DNA of 64,000 nt from a virus: IMG/VR virus record IMGVR_UViG_3300027859_000890, positions 70,167 to 134,166 of that record. One strand, given 5' to 3'. How positions within the stretch are numbered: the stretch's first letter is position 1; each line of letters begins with the position of its first letter. This document shows positions 47,953-57,577 of the stretch, one piece after another. The translations under genes were made by a program, and so were the position numbers. The notes beneath the pieces are model-generated. The model was not told where the DNA came from and made no database searches. It saw only the letters and a list, made by a program, of their open reading frames with translations.

Positions 47953-48477
47953 TTGGCTATTCACGCAATGATTGACCTTGAAACACTTGATGTGACACCA
48001 CAGGCAAGTGTATTGACAGTGGGCGGCGTAAAATTCGATCCTAATACTTTTATGGAACCATATGACGAATTTTATTTCAAATTAGACATAGATGCACAAA
48101 GTAGCCGTGTTGTCAATGACAGCACAATTGCTTGGTGGAGTACACAAGATAAAAAAGTACAAGAAGAAGCATTTAGTGAAAATGACAGAACACATCCTCA
48201 AGTTTTTTTAGAACACTTGCCTAAATGGATGGTAGGTGTTGACGTACTTTGGGGACACGGATATGGTTTTGATATTACAATCATAGAGGATATGTTGCGA
48301 AATTATGCTAACCCTATTCCGTGGCAATTTTGGCAAGTGCGTGATAGCCGCACATTATTTGCAATGGCAAAAGTAGACCCACGTAAAGCAATGCAAAGTG
48401 ATTTGCATAATGCATTAGCAGATGCATACTTTCAAGCAAAAGGTGTGCAAATGGTATACAAGGAATTAGGTTTATGA
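47953..48477 (+). CDS. DEDDh 3'-5' exonuclease (DexA-like)
   Basis: MIDLETL, W..G..FD, RD.RT, HNALADA. Confidence 0.85.
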   Translation: MAIHAMIDLETLDVTPQASVLTVGGVKFDPNTFMEPYDEFYFKLDIDAQSSRVVNDSTIAWWSTQDKKVQEEAFSENDRTHPQVFLEHLPKWMVGVDVLWGHGYGFDITIIEDMLRNYANPIPWQFWQVRDSRTLFAMAKVDPRKAMQSDLHNALADAYFQAKGVQMVYKELGL

Positions 48478-48704
48478 AAATGAGGATTGAAGGCTTGACA
48501 GATGCTCAGTGTAAAATACTGGATCGTATGTGGGAAGCAGAAACTGTTGAGGAATTATTTGATTTCTTTTCTACTCTTACAGAAGCCGAATACCAAATGG
48601 CGCTAACATTACACGAAATGCTTATGCACGAAATAGGCGAAGAAGAAACTAAAAACGTAACCTTAGCAAAAGAAATGCTAGAAAACATAGGAGTAAAAGT
48701 ATGA
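48474..48704 (+). CDS. hypothetical protein
   Basis: Coupled ORF. Confidence 0.65.
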   Translation: MKMRIEGLTDAQCKILDRMWEAETVEELFDFFSTLTEAEYQMALTLHEMLMHEIGEEETKNVTLAKEMLENIGVKV

Positions 48705-48880
48705 CAGACGGTCCATTCAAAGCAGCCTTTAATGATGACACAGAAGGCGTAGTACGTAGAGAAATTATCACATATCGTGTTAAAGATGGTCAAATGGTAA
48801 AAGAAGAAGCAAGTCGCGATTATTACAAGTCAGGCGATTATCACGATACATCTAATTCTAAGCCTCTTGTGATGAGATAA
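48701..48880 (+). CDS. 59-aa hypothetical protein (not in ORF track)
   Basis: AGGAG SD, ATGA overlap; MTDGPFKAAF...PLVMR; TAATG coupling to the next gene. Confidence 0.7.
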   Translation: MTDGPFKAAFNDDTEGVVRREIITYRVKDGQMVKEEASRDYYKSGDYHDTSNSKPLVMR

Positions 48881-49158
48881 TGCAAGATAGCCCAATAAAC
48901 ACACTCCAACAGTTGATGACAATCACAATGGAAGAGTGTGGCGAACTTACCCAGAGATGTAGTAAAATTATGCGTAAGTTTGAAACTTTAGACTTGATAA
49001 CTGATGAACAACGTGTTAAACTAGTTGAAGAAATGGGTGATGTATTTTGTATGATGGAACTTATGGTTGAACACGGTATTACAGACTGGATTGAACTACA
49101 AGAACGTGCAGACTATAAAGTCGAAAAATTAAAAATGTGGAGTACACTAATAAAATGA
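48880..49158 (+). CDS. MazG-like protein
   Basis: MEECGEL...SK..R...EEMGDV. Confidence 0.7.
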   Translation: MQDSPINTLQQLMTITMEECGELTQRCSKIMRKFETLDLITDEQRVKLVEEMGDVFCMMELMVEHGITDWIELQERADYKVEKLKMWSTLIK

Positions 49159-50069
49159 AAGAACTATGGGTAGAAAAATATCGTCCAAAGACAGTGGATG
49201 GTTATGTATTTAGAGATGATGCACAACGCAATCAAGTAAAAACTTGGATAAAAGATAAAACTATTCCACATTTACTATTCAGCGGCAATGCAGGTATTGG
49301 TAAAACAACACTTGCAAAATTGTTATTTAATGAATTAGATACAAACCCATTAGATATATTAGAAATAAATGCAAGTCGTACAAATTCAGTAGATGATGTG
49401 CGTGATAAGATTGTTGCATTTGTGCAGATGATTCCGTTTGGTGACTTCAAAGTTGTATTGCTAGATGAGGCTGATTATTTGTCGCCAAACGCACAGGCAG
49501 CACTACGTGGTGTTATGGAAGAATATCACAGCACAGCAAGATTTATTTTGACTTGTAACTATCCAAACAGAATTATTCCAGCGATACACAGTAGATGTCA
49601 AGGCTTTCATATTGCAAAAATTGATCAAACAGAGTTTACTGCTAGAGTTGCAGAAATACTAATTACAGAAGGCGTAACTCCAGACTTAGATGTGCTAGAC
49701 ACATATGTAAAAGCAACGTATCCAGATTTACGTAAATGCATAAATATGGTACAGATGAATTCAGTCGAGGGGAAATTAGTTTCACCACAAGAAGGGGACA
49801 CTGGCGAAAGTGATTGGAAACTGGATATGGTGGAACTGTTCAAAGCAGGTAAAATACACGATGCACGTAAATTGTTGTGTGGTACTGTGAGAGCAGAAGA
49901 AATGGAGGAAATATATCGCTGGCTGTATGATAATATTGAATTGTTCGGAACAGATGAACAACAAGATCAAGCAGTGCTAATTATTAAGCAAGGTTTGGTA
50001 GATCATACATTGGTAGTAGATCCAGAAATAAACTTAGCGGCTACATTAATTAGACTAGGAGCCTTATGA
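49155..50069 (+). CDS. clamp-loader ATPase subunit (RFC small/T4 gp44-like)
   Basis: [29 protein letters not shown]. Confidence 0.92.
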   Translation: MKELWVEKYRPKTVDGYVFRDDAQRNQVKTWIKDKTIPHLLFSGNAGIGKTTLAKLLFNELDTNPLDILEINASRTNSVDDVRDKIVAFVQMIPFGDFKVVLLDEADYLSPNAQAALRGVMEEYHSTARFILTCNYPNRIIPAIHSRCQGFHIAKIDQTEFTARVAEILITEGVTPDLDVLDTYVKATYPDLRKCINMVQMNSVEGKLVSPQEGDTGESDWKLDMVELFKAGKIHDARKLLCGTVRAEEMEEIYRWLYDNIELFGTDEQQDQAVLIIKQGLVDHTLVVDPEINLAATLIRLGAL

Positions 50070-50407
50070 CATATGTAGTAAATGATCAATGTATCAAGTG
50101 CAAACATATGGATTGTGTAGAAGTGTGCCCCGTAGATTGTTTCTATGAAGGGGAAAATATGCTTGTGATTAATCCAATTGAATGTATTGATTGCGGTGTA
50201 TGTGAACCTGAATGTCCTGCAGATGCAATTCGTCCTGATACAGCGCCGGGTATGGAACAGTGGGTTGAATTTAATCAAAAGTATGCAGACATATGGCCTG
50301 TTATTACTGAAATGCGTCCAGAAGATGTTCCAGAAGATGCAAAGGAATGGCACGGCGTAGAAAACAAAATACAATATTTTAGTGAAGAACCAGGAAAAGG
50401 AGATTAG
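50066..50407 (+). CDS. fdxA: 7Fe/8Fe ferredoxin
   Basis: MTYVV...[41 protein letters not shown]. Confidence 0.92.
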   Translation: MTYVVNDQCIKCKHMDCVEVCPVDCFYEGENMLVINPIECIDCGVCEPECPADAIRPDTAPGMEQWVEFNQKYADIWPVITEMRPEDVPEDAKEWHGVENKIQYFSEEPGKGD

Positions 50408-50409
50408 TA

Positions 50410-50529
50410 ATGGAAACAATTTTAATGTTAGAATTTTATATTTGGCACGGAGTGCTTATGACTGCTGTTGTTGGCGGTAGTTTTGTTGCAGGATTTTATA
50501 CTGCAAAAAGGAGACAAGATGCTAAGTAA
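50410..50529 (+). CDS. 39-aa single-TM peptide (not in ORF track)
   Basis: GGAG SD; METILMLEFYIWHGVLMTAVVGGSFVAGFYTAKRRQDAK. Confidence 0.55.
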   Translation: METILMLEFYIWHGVLMTAVVGGSFVAGFYTAKRRQDAK

Positions 50530-50728
50530 AAAATGTAGATTACATTTAGAAGAGGTAGGCGAAACTGGCCTACAACATATGGGTAAAGCACTCTTAGTTG
50601 CACTTAAATTACAGTTACTAGTACCTGTGGTTATTATACACAGTGTAGCACCTAGATACTTTACTAAAACAGCAACCAACGTTATGCGGAGTATATTAAA
50701 TGAGCGAACACAAGAGTCTGATAAATGA
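50519..50728 (+). CDS. small hypothetical protein
   Basis: AGGAG SD before ATG 50519; HL..VGET..QH...IIH...P.YF..TA. Confidence 0.65.
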   Translation: MLSKKCRLHLEEVGETGLQHMGKALLVALKLQLLVPVVIIHSVAPRYFTKTATNVMRSILNERTQESDK

Positions 50729-50882
50729 TTTAGTAAGAATTAATGTTCTAGAAGAAGAAATAGAATATTACAAAAGTTTACTACAACCTCACGATACAGG
50801 ACATATTCATACTACAATAGGATTCCTAAGTCAAAGACTATCAAATTTAAAAGGAGAATTAGCTGAATGGCCGTTCGCTTAG
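50700..50882 (+). CDS. hypothetical protein
   Basis: GGAG SD; HDTGHIHT motif. Confidence 0.65.
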   Translation: MSEHKSLINDLVRINVLEEEIEYYKSLLQPHDTGHIHTTIGFLSQRLSNLKGELAEWPFA

Positions 50883-51559
50883 TAAGTTACACACAGCCCA
50901 CAGATGAGTGGAAAGAAGAAGGACTGGAAAACGTACAGGACTTAATTGCATTTTGTGCTAAAGTTTCTAATCCTGCTGCACAAATCAACAAAGAAACCAG
51001 TGAACGTTTGATAAAATATCTAATCAAGCATCAACATTGGTCTCCATTAGAAATGGCAAATGCTGTTTTAGAAATAGACACTACTCGTGATATTGCACAT
51101 CAAATTGTAAGACATAGAAGTTTTGCATTTCAAGAATTTAGTCAGCGTTATGCACAACCTGGAGAAATGGGCGAAGTATTTGTAACAAGTGAAGCACGTC
51201 TACAAGACAATAAAAATAGACAAAATAGTATTGAACTAGATTTAGGTGAAGAAGGCAATGCTGAACTTGTTGTAAAATGGGAAGAAATGCAACAAGATGT
51301 TTGTTTTGCTGCTGGTCGTGCATATGAATGGGCTATTAACAATGGCATTGCAAAAGAAGTTGCAAGAAAAGTATTACCAGAAGGTTTAACTAAAACTAGA
51401 TTATATATGAATGGTACAATACGTAGTTGGGTCCATTATATTGAACTACGTAGTGCAAATGGCACACAAAAGGAACATATGGAAATAGCAAAAGCGTGTG
51501 CAGAAGTTATTGCAGAAATCTTTCCATTAGCTAAAAATATTGATGCCGCCGACCATTGA
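50867..51559 (+). CDS. thyX: FAD-dependent thymidylate synthase
   Basis: HWSPLE, RHRSFAFQEFSQRY, KEVAR.VLP, R.....QKEH. Confidence 0.95.
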   Translation: MAVRLVSYTQPTDEWKEEGLENVQDLIAFCAKVSNPAAQINKETSERLIKYLIKHQHWSPLEMANAVLEIDTTRDIAHQIVRHRSFAFQEFSQRYAQPGEMGEVFVTSEARLQDNKNRQNSIELDLGEEGNAELVVKWEEMQQDVCFAAGRAYEWAINNGIAKEVARKVLPEGLTKTRLYMNGTIRSWVHYIELRSANGTQKEHMEIAKACAEVIAEIFPLAKNIDAADH

Positions 51560-51821
51560 AACTGATATTCACTTTACAGAACGTTTTGCCTGGTGGCCTG
51601 TGCGTAGTACGTTTAGTAAAAAACGTATTTGGTTAAAAAAGTTTTGGTGTGGCGAAATATTTTTTGACGCTATGGGTAGACCGCCAATAAAAGGACAATC
51701 CTGGAAATTACTGTATACAGAAAATGAATATCTAATGTATTTGTTACGTCAAGATAAACCGGAAGTTCAAGGTGAATGGAAACCAAAATATCCTAGGCCT
51801 TGGCCACCTCACTATTGGTAA
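51540..51821 (+). CDS. hypothetical protein
   Basis: RFAWWPVR...IWLK. Confidence 0.6.
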   Translation: MMPPTIETDIHFTERFAWWPVRSTFSKKRIWLKKFWCGEIFFDAMGRPPIKGQSWKLLYTENEYLMYLLRQDKPEVQGEWKPKYPRPWPPHYW

Positions 51822-52009
51822 AATATCTGTATAACGATCGTTGGCGTAAACGATACGCTTTATTACCAAAGTTTGCCAAGAATGGCGATATACTTTGGTT
51901 AGTACATTATTATGAATACATACAATATTACGACTGGCCTCCGCTAAAAGTTAGAAATAAAACAATTTATACGGATGCAGAAGGCATTGTTGCTATGCTA
52001 AAAACATAG
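51800..52009 (+). CDS. hypothetical protein, probable paralog of upstream ORF
   Basis: RYALLP...ILWL..YY. Confidence 0.55.
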   Translation: MATSLLVKYLYNDRWRKRYALLPKFAKNGDILWLVHYYEYIQYYDWPPLKVRNKTIYTDAEGIVAMLKT

Positions 52010-52018
52010 CAACTTTTG

Positions 52019-52738
52019 TTATGCTATATCGCCGTAAATTTCTAATACTTCTTTTACAGCTTCGTGTCTTTCAATATCTCCTTGTTTGAAACTACATACG
52101 TCAATGTGTTTGGTGTCTTTTTGTTGTAACTGTTCGACAAAATCTATTAGCCCATTGTCTTTCAACCTATCTGCTTGCGCTAGATCACCGGTTACTACCA
52201 TTTTGCTTTCTGAGCCAATTCTTGTAAGTAACATTTTCATTTGATTTGGAGTAGCATTTTGCATTTCATCAGCAATAATATATGCGTTTTTAAATGTTCG
52301 TCCACGCATATATGCAAGAGGTGAAATTTCTATTACACCTTCTCTTATCATACCTTCAATTTCGCCTGCATAGAAATACTCTCTAAATACATCAAAAATA
52401 GGTCTTGTCCACGGTGCCATTTTTTCTTCCAGTGTGCCTGGTAAGAATCCTAGATCCTCATCAGCACTTACTGCTGGTCTTGTAACAATAATTTTATCAA
52501 CATCATTTTGTAGAAAACTTTTTACTGCGGCTTGACACGCTAGTAGTGTTTTACCTGTACCCGCAGGACCAATGCCGAATACAATGCTTTTTTCATCATT
52601 CATCAGTGATAGCACATAATTTTCTTGGTTTCTGTTACGGGGGATAATGTCAATACTTTTGTTCTTTTTTGGAAGATAGTTGTTAAATTTTACAACATTG
52701 TTGCTTGCTTGCCTTTTGGCTTTAGCTTTTGCACCCAT
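52019..52738 (-). CDS. phoH: PhoH-family ATPase
   Basis: GPAGTGKT, LGFLPG, AYMRGRT, DEMQN, GD..Q.D; start refined to ATG 52738 after AGGAG. Confidence 0.95.
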   Translation of the reverse strand: MGAKAKAKRQASNNVVKFNNYLPKKNKSIDIIPRNRNQENYVLSLMNDEKSIVFGIGPAGTGKTLLACQAAVKSFLQNDVDKIIVTRPAVSADEDLGFLPGTLEEKMAPWTRPIFDVFREYFYAGEIEGMIREGVIEISPLAYMRGRTFKNAYIIADEMQNATPNQMKMLLTRIGSESKMVVTGDLAQADRLKDNGLIDFVEQLQQKDTKHIDVCSFKQGDIERHEAVKEVLEIYGDIA

Positions 52739-52885
52739 ATAATGTCTCCTTTTTATGGAAGCAGATGAGACCACGCAGGTCCCCCTGCAATTGTATTTAC
52801 ATTGATCACCAAATCATTAAGTGCGTGTTGAATTCTAAACAGGTTAGATTAGTATTATGATAAATATACTAAAGCGAGGACTACT

Positions 52886-53389
52886 ATGGCTGTTTTAGAT
52901 ACTTTAGACGTAATACAAAATTTACAAACTATTCACGAAAACGATAAAGCTTTTACAATTTTAAAAGATTTCGAAAGAGTAATAGATAGTTTAGGTTTAT
53001 ATGTTTTTGAAAATTGGAGCGAAGGCGAACTAGCAGCAGGTCCAAAAATTGAAAGACATTGGGTAACTTGTTCATTTATGTGGCCACGCAAAGATATGCC
53101 AGATCCAGCAGGTGGTAAAATTTTGCTTGATTATGGTTGTAAAATTAATTTTGAAAAAACACATATTATAAAAGCACGACAAATACGCAAGCCAGGAGAC
53201 ATACGTCCAGGTACAAAAAAAGGTAAACTAGACAAAGTGCCAGTTTGGGTAGTAGAAATCAAAATGCCAAAAAGTTTGATATTAGATATCTACAGTGGCG
53301 ATAAAGATTTGTATGATAAAGAAGAGCAACCGAGTGCAGAAACAGTGCAACCTGCTCCTACACAAGAAGAAGTACCAGGAGCAGTATAA
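52886..53389 (+). CDS. phage hypothetical protein (late)
   Basis: GATAAATA and GAGG SD; LKDFERV...NW..GEL..GP. Confidence 0.7.
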   Translation: MAVLDTLDVIQNLQTIHENDKAFTILKDFERVIDSLGLYVFENWSEGELAAGPKIERHWVTCSFMWPRKDMPDPAGGKILLDYGCKINFEKTHIIKARQIRKPGDIRPGTKKGKLDKVPVWVVEIKMPKSLILDIYSGDKDLYDKEEQPSAETVQPAPTQEEVPGAV

Positions 53390-54084
53390 TGGGTTTGAGA
53401 AATGGAGACTTGCGTGATCTATTAAATCCGGTTTTTGAAATAGATAATTTTAAAAGTAAAATGGGTGATGACGAAGATGTTGTTGTAGTAAGTTTTAGTG
53501 TAAGCGAAGCTGCCGCAGCAAAAGATTTAGTAGAATTTATTGAAAAATCATACGATTTTGTTTTAGACGCAGACTCTACTGTAAGTGAACTAGATAATGG
53601 CACTTACAAAGTTTTTGTAGAAATGGAAAGAAACACAAGTGTAAATGAAAACATTGTATCAATGCTGTATGGTATTGGTGAACTTTCAGCTACAGAATCT
53701 TTTAAATTTAGATACTACAAAAACTTCAGCAGTTATGATGCAACTATCGATAATTTGCAAGAAATAGTACCAATTGATGCAAGAACATATAGTTTAACTG
53801 TAATGGAAAATGCAGAAACATTCTTTTCAAGTTTAGCAGGGCAAGTAGACTTTATAGGCGAAAATATTATTATAAAAAAGGTATATGCTGATCCAATAGC
53901 ATTTACTATCAAAGATTTTAATAAAACAGAAGATGTGCAAATCAATGAAAAAATAAACATAGAAGCATATCCTGAAATATTGTTTTTAACTAAATACCTT
54001 GGAGACTACAATGTTACCAAATACGGTGACAAAACGTTAACACTGGAAAACAATGGACATACACTCGTGGTCGAAAGACTATAA
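53389..54084 (+). CDS. phage hypothetical protein
   Basis: Coupled ORF; ID.FKSKMG.D.D. Confidence 0.7.
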   Translation: MGLRNGDLRDLLNPVFEIDNFKSKMGDDEDVVVVSFSVSEAAAAKDLVEFIEKSYDFVLDADSTVSELDNGTYKVFVEMERNTSVNENIVSMLYGIGELSATESFKFRYYKNFSSYDATIDNLQEIVPIDARTYSLTVMENAETFFSSLAGQVDFIGENIIIKKVYADPIAFTIKDFNKTEDVQINEKINIEAYPEILFLTKYLGDYNVTKYGDKTLTLENNGHTLVVERL

Positions 54085-54226
54085 CGGAACATATTGTAAA
54101 AACTGCGGACACCCTGGACATTGTGGTGTACCTAATTATGCTTCACCAAATACAATAATAAAATTATGTGAATCTTGCAGTTGTGAAGCCTGCACCCCGG
54201 AAGTAAAGGAAACTAAAAATGGCTAA
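54053..54226 (+). CDS. 57-aa Cys/His-rich metal-binding protein (not in ORF track)
   Basis: CKNCGHPGHCG...LCESCSCEAC. Confidence 0.6.
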   Translation: MDIHSWSKDYNGTYCKNCGHPGHCGVPNYASPNTIIKLCESCSCEACTPEVKETKNG

Positions 54227-55082
54227 AGAAGATTTTGATTTTGATTTTGAACCGTGGATGGCAGAAGAACTAATCCATAGAAGTGATTGGGAAGATTGGT
54301 ATGAAGCAATGCTTGAAATACTGCCGTTGTGGGATGTCAATACAATACCAAGAGTTGCAGGATTTATTGCACAATGTGGACACGAATCAGGTGGTTTCAG
54401 AGTGCTAAGTGAAAACTTGAATTACAGTGCAAAAGCACTAAATGTTATATTTCCAAAATATTTTAGAAAGGCAGGTAGAGATGCTAACGAATATCATAGA
54501 CAACCTGAAAAAATTGCTAACGTCATTTACGCAAACAGAATGGACAACGGTGATACAGATTCCGGTGACGGGTGGACATTCCGTGGTGGCGGCATTCTTC
54601 AACTCACCGGTAGATACAACTACACAGAATTCGCAGAAGATGTAGAAATGACACCAGAAGAAGCAGTAGATTATGTGCGTACCAAAAAAGGTGCATTAGA
54701 TAGTGCTTGCTGGTTCTGGGATGAAAACAATATTAACAAACACTGTGATAATATGGACATTATAAAAATGACCAAACGTATCAACGGAGGTACTATTGGA
54801 CTAGAAGATCGTAAAAAACATTGGGCACACGCATTAGATGTTTTAGGCGGTGATATGGAAATAGAACCAGAAGAAGAAAAAGAACTTAACACTAACCAAA
54901 CAATACGTCAAGGTTCACGTGGTCCATTAGTAGCAGAAGTACAAGAAAGACTTGATATTTCACCTGCTGATGGTATTTTTGGACCTGGTACTGCACGTAT
55001 TGTTAAAGAGTGGCAAAGTGCAAATGGTCTTGTTGCAGACGGTATTGTAGGACCAAATACACTGGGAAAGTTATTAGGGTAG
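54219..55082 (+). CDS. GH19-family endolysin with C-terminal peptidoglycan-binding domain
   Basis: AQCGHESG, ENLNYS, RG.G.LQLTGR.NY, TKRINGG; DGIFG..T...Q..NGL.ADGIVG. Confidence 0.9.
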   Translation: MAKEDFDFDFEPWMAEELIHRSDWEDWYEAMLEILPLWDVNTIPRVAGFIAQCGHESGGFRVLSENLNYSAKALNVIFPKYFRKAGRDANEYHRQPEKIANVIYANRMDNGDTDSGDGWTFRGGGILQLTGRYNYTEFAEDVEMTPEEAVDYVRTKKGALDSACWFWDENNINKHCDNMDIIKMTKRINGGTIGLEDRKKHWAHALDVLGGDMEIEPEEEKELNTNQTIRQGSRGPLVAEVQERLDISPADGIFGPGTARIVKEWQSANGLVADGIVGPNTLGKLLG

Positions 55083-55093
55083 GTGGTAAAGGT

Positions 55094-55582
55094 ATGGGCT
55101 TGAAACTAGCAGCAGTAATGTTTTTAGTTATGTGTGCTATGGGCGGCATAGGTTATTGGTATTATAATGACACACAAGCCCGTATTGCAATACTAAATGA
55201 AAACAACGCAAAATTAGAAATAGCAGTTGAAACAAACGAGCAAGCACTTGAAAGTTTACAAGCAGACTATGCAAGTGCTCAAAACGAAATATCTAGTTTA
55301 AATAATGCTTATACTGCTATACGTAGACAAAATCAAAAATTAGCAGATAAATTACAAGAAATCGATTTGACAGCAGCAGCCATAGCAAATGCAGATGGTA
55401 TAGAACGTGCAGTAAATAGAGGCACAGAAAATGCTGGTAGATGCTTTGAATTATTGTCGGGGGCAGAACTCAATGAAAAAGAAAGGACAGCAAAAAATGA
55501 CATCGCTTTTAACAAAGAGTGTCCTTGGCTTTACGATACTTATAAGTCTCGCGGCCTGCTCGACGAAGCCACAGCAGATTGA
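55094..55582 (+). CDS. inner-membrane spanin (Rz-like)
   Basis: N-terminal TM then long coiled coil; follows endolysin; overlaps a lipoprotein gene. Confidence 0.7.
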   Translation: MGLKLAAVMFLVMCAMGGIGYWYYNDTQARIAILNENNAKLEIAVETNEQALESLQADYASAQNEISSLNNAYTAIRRQNQKLADKLQEIDLTAAAIANADGIERAVNRGTENAGRCFELLSGAELNEKERTAKNDIAFNKECPWLYDTYKSRGLLDEATAD

Positions 55583-55886
55583 AGTAAGCTCTAAACCAAT
55601 TGAAAAACCAACACTACAGTTGCCTCCAGTTGACGAACTTAATATGCGTAAAGTAGAATGGATAGTAATTAACGAAGGTAATGTAGACGCAGTAATTAAT
55701 AAACTTGAAACAGAAGGACAAGCCTTTGCATTATATGCACTTACAGGAGATGGGTACGGAAATTTAGGTTTGAACTTTTCAGATATACGTGCATTAGTGC
55801 AACAGCAACAAGCAATAATAGCAGCGTATGAAGGTTACTACGAACAAGCAGAAGAAGCAATGGATAATGCTGTGGTTCAAGAATAA
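55497..55886 (+). CDS. outer-membrane spanin lipoprotein (Rz1-like)
   Basis: Lipobox LAAC, Pro-rich segment, overlaps the Rz-like gene. Confidence 0.7.
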   Translation: MTSLLTKSVLGFTILISLAACSTKPQQIEVSSKPIEKPTLQLPPVDELNMRKVEWIVINEGNVDAVINKLETEGQAFALYALTGDGYGNLGLNFSDIRALVQQQQAIIAAYEGYYEQAEEAMDNAVVQE

Positions 55887-56364
55887 TATAATTCTACTTT
55901 TAAGTTTTATATTATTAGGTTGTCAAGTCACTACAGATGATAGTATAGGCACAGCTCAACCGTATGTTGGACTAGAAGAACGTCAACATAGAAAGCAAAT
56001 AAAAGAATTAGTAGGTGTTGATCCGCTGTATACAGAATGGTGTGCAGCGTTTGTAAATGCAGTATTAGCACAGGACAATATTCCAGGCAGTGAATCTGTA
56101 AGTGATAATCCATTATTAGCAAGAAGTTTTTTGAATTGGGGAGATACTGTACAACGCCACGATATACGCCGTGGTGATATTGTTATTTTTCCAAGAGGTG
56201 ATGAAGGGTGGAAAGGACACGTTGGATTTTATGTAGAAACACAAATTTACAACGGCAAAGAATACTGGGTAATTTTAGGCGGCAATCAAGACAATAAAGT
56301 TAGGTATGAAAGATATAATCCGCATAGAAGTATAAGTATAAGAAGGTATAGGGCTGAAAAATGA
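55867..56364 (+). CDS. NlpC/P60-type peptidoglycan hydrolase lipoprotein (TIGR02594-like)
   Basis: LLGC lipobox, WCAAFV, ARSFL.WG, GHVGF, LGGNQ. Confidence 0.85.
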   Translation: MLWFKNNIILLLSFILLGCQVTTDDSIGTAQPYVGLEERQHRKQIKELVGVDPLYTEWCAAFVNAVLAQDNIPGSESVSDNPLLARSFLNWGDTVQRHDIRRGDIVIFPRGDEGWKGHVGFYVETQIYNGKEYWVILGGNQDNKVRYERYNPHRSISIRRYRAEK

Positions 56365-56783
56365 AAAGTCGTTGGCAACGTTTTAAGGAATGGTGGACAG
56401 TAGATCACGTAGTTGATCTTATTGTAGATGCATTACTTTTAATTTGGGAAGTTATTGCAAGTCCTATCCTTATTGTTGTTAGAGTAATTAGACACTTTAT
56501 AGGCGAATGGTTTGTTGAAGGAATCAAAAAAATTATAAAAGGAATCGTGCATTGGTTCCAACGTAAAAGAGAATATCGTAAAGCACACGGATACGGAATA
56601 TTTAGAACTTATTGGTGGTTGATCCTTTCAAGTCCATTTATACTATTTTTCTTGTTTATTTTGCTTGCAATAATTACAGGTATTTCACAAGACCTTACAG
56701 AAATGATCGAATTACTAATACGTGGCTGTGATTCACTTCAGCCTGGTGCAGAACAATACTGGTGTAATACTGATTTATGGTAA
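56361..56783 (+). CDS. membrane protein
   Basis: Two hydrophobic segments. Confidence 0.6.
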   Translation: MKSRWQRFKEWWTVDHVVDLIVDALLLIWEVIASPILIVVRVIRHFIGEWFVEGIKKIIKGIVHWFQRKREYRKAHGYGIFRTYWWLILSSPFILFFLFILLAIITGISQDLTEMIELLIRGCDSLQPGAEQYWCNTDLW

Positions 56784-56807
56784 ATACACATAATAGGAGG
56801 GCTGTTT

Positions 56808-57104
56808 ATGTGGGAAATGATACAAAATATGGCTAGCGATAGAACTTGGATCTATACTAGTATTGCCGGTAGTATTGCAGGTGCAATGGTTTTGGCATAT
56901 TTAAGCACAACAAGAGTAGGACTTTGGGGTTATGCAAAATTTGATCTTATGGTTAACTACTTAGTTGAACGTTGGGGCTTAACTTGGCTGGAACAACCTG
57001 AAGATGCTTGGCGTAAAAAGTATCCAAAAATTACAGCTAAAATAGATTCAATCGAGGCAAGACTAAACAAATTGGAGGGTAAAAATGCCAAGAAAAAAAC
57101 CTGA
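56808..57104 (+). CDS. membrane protein
   Basis: GTAAATA and AGGAGG upstream; TM plus coiled coil. Confidence 0.7.
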   Translation: MWEMIQNMASDRTWIYTSIAGSIAGAMVLAYLSTTRVGLWGYAKFDLMVNYLVERWGLTWLEQPEDAWRKKYPKITAKIDSIEARLNKLEGKNAKKKT

Positions 57105-57558
57105 GGAACTTAAGAGCGGTGGAGCAGCACCTGCACCAAAAGCAGCAACTCCTGCACCAGCACCGGCTCCTACACCAACACCGGCAGCAGCGCCAGCAGC
57201 GGCACCAGTAGCAGCACCTGCGCCTGTTCAGCAAACTTATCATCCTGCTGATATAAATGGAGATGGATGGGTTGATGCTGAAGAAAAAGCAATGGAGTTA
57301 GAATTTAGACGCAAAGCACTTGAAGATGCTGATGCAATGCGTGACGCACAACGTAAAATGGCTTGGTTTGCTTTGTTTGGAATGTTACTATATCCTTTTG
57401 CAGTAGTATTGGCTGTATTTGCAAACTTAGAAACAGCCGGAGATATACTAGGCTCAATGGCAGCAACTTACTTTGTTTCAGTTGCAGCAATAGTTGCAGC
57501 ATTCTTTGGTGGACAAGCATACGCAGGTAAACAATCAAGTTCAAGCAAAAAACGCTAG
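57085..57558 (+). CDS. holin-like two-TM protein with Pro/Ala linker and EF-hand-like loop
   Basis: PA-rich segment, DINGDGWVDAEE, RDAQRKMAW, two TMs. Confidence 0.6.
   Translation: MPRKKPEELKSGGAAPAPKAATPAPAPAPTPTPAAAPAAAPVAAPAPVQQTYHPADINGDGWVDAEEKAMELEFRRKALEDADAMRDAQRKMAWFALFGMLLYPFAVVLAVFANLETAGDILGSMAATYFVSVAAIVAAFFGGQAYAGKQSSSSKKR
57118..57228 (+). repeat. Pro/Ala low-complexity coding repeat
   Basis: GCA/CCA/CCT codon runs encoding AAPAPKAATPAPAPAP... Confidence 0.7.
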
Positions 57559-57577
57559 GGTCTAAATAAGTAATAGT

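Noticed and set aside
52004-52028. Possible bidirectional terminator between convergent genes
   Set aside because: Only a weak AT-rich bulged hairpin without a clear U-tract.
55010-55093. Cys-rich N-terminus of track ORF 55010
   Set aside because: Overlaps the endolysin end; the likely start is ATG 55094 after AGGTGG.
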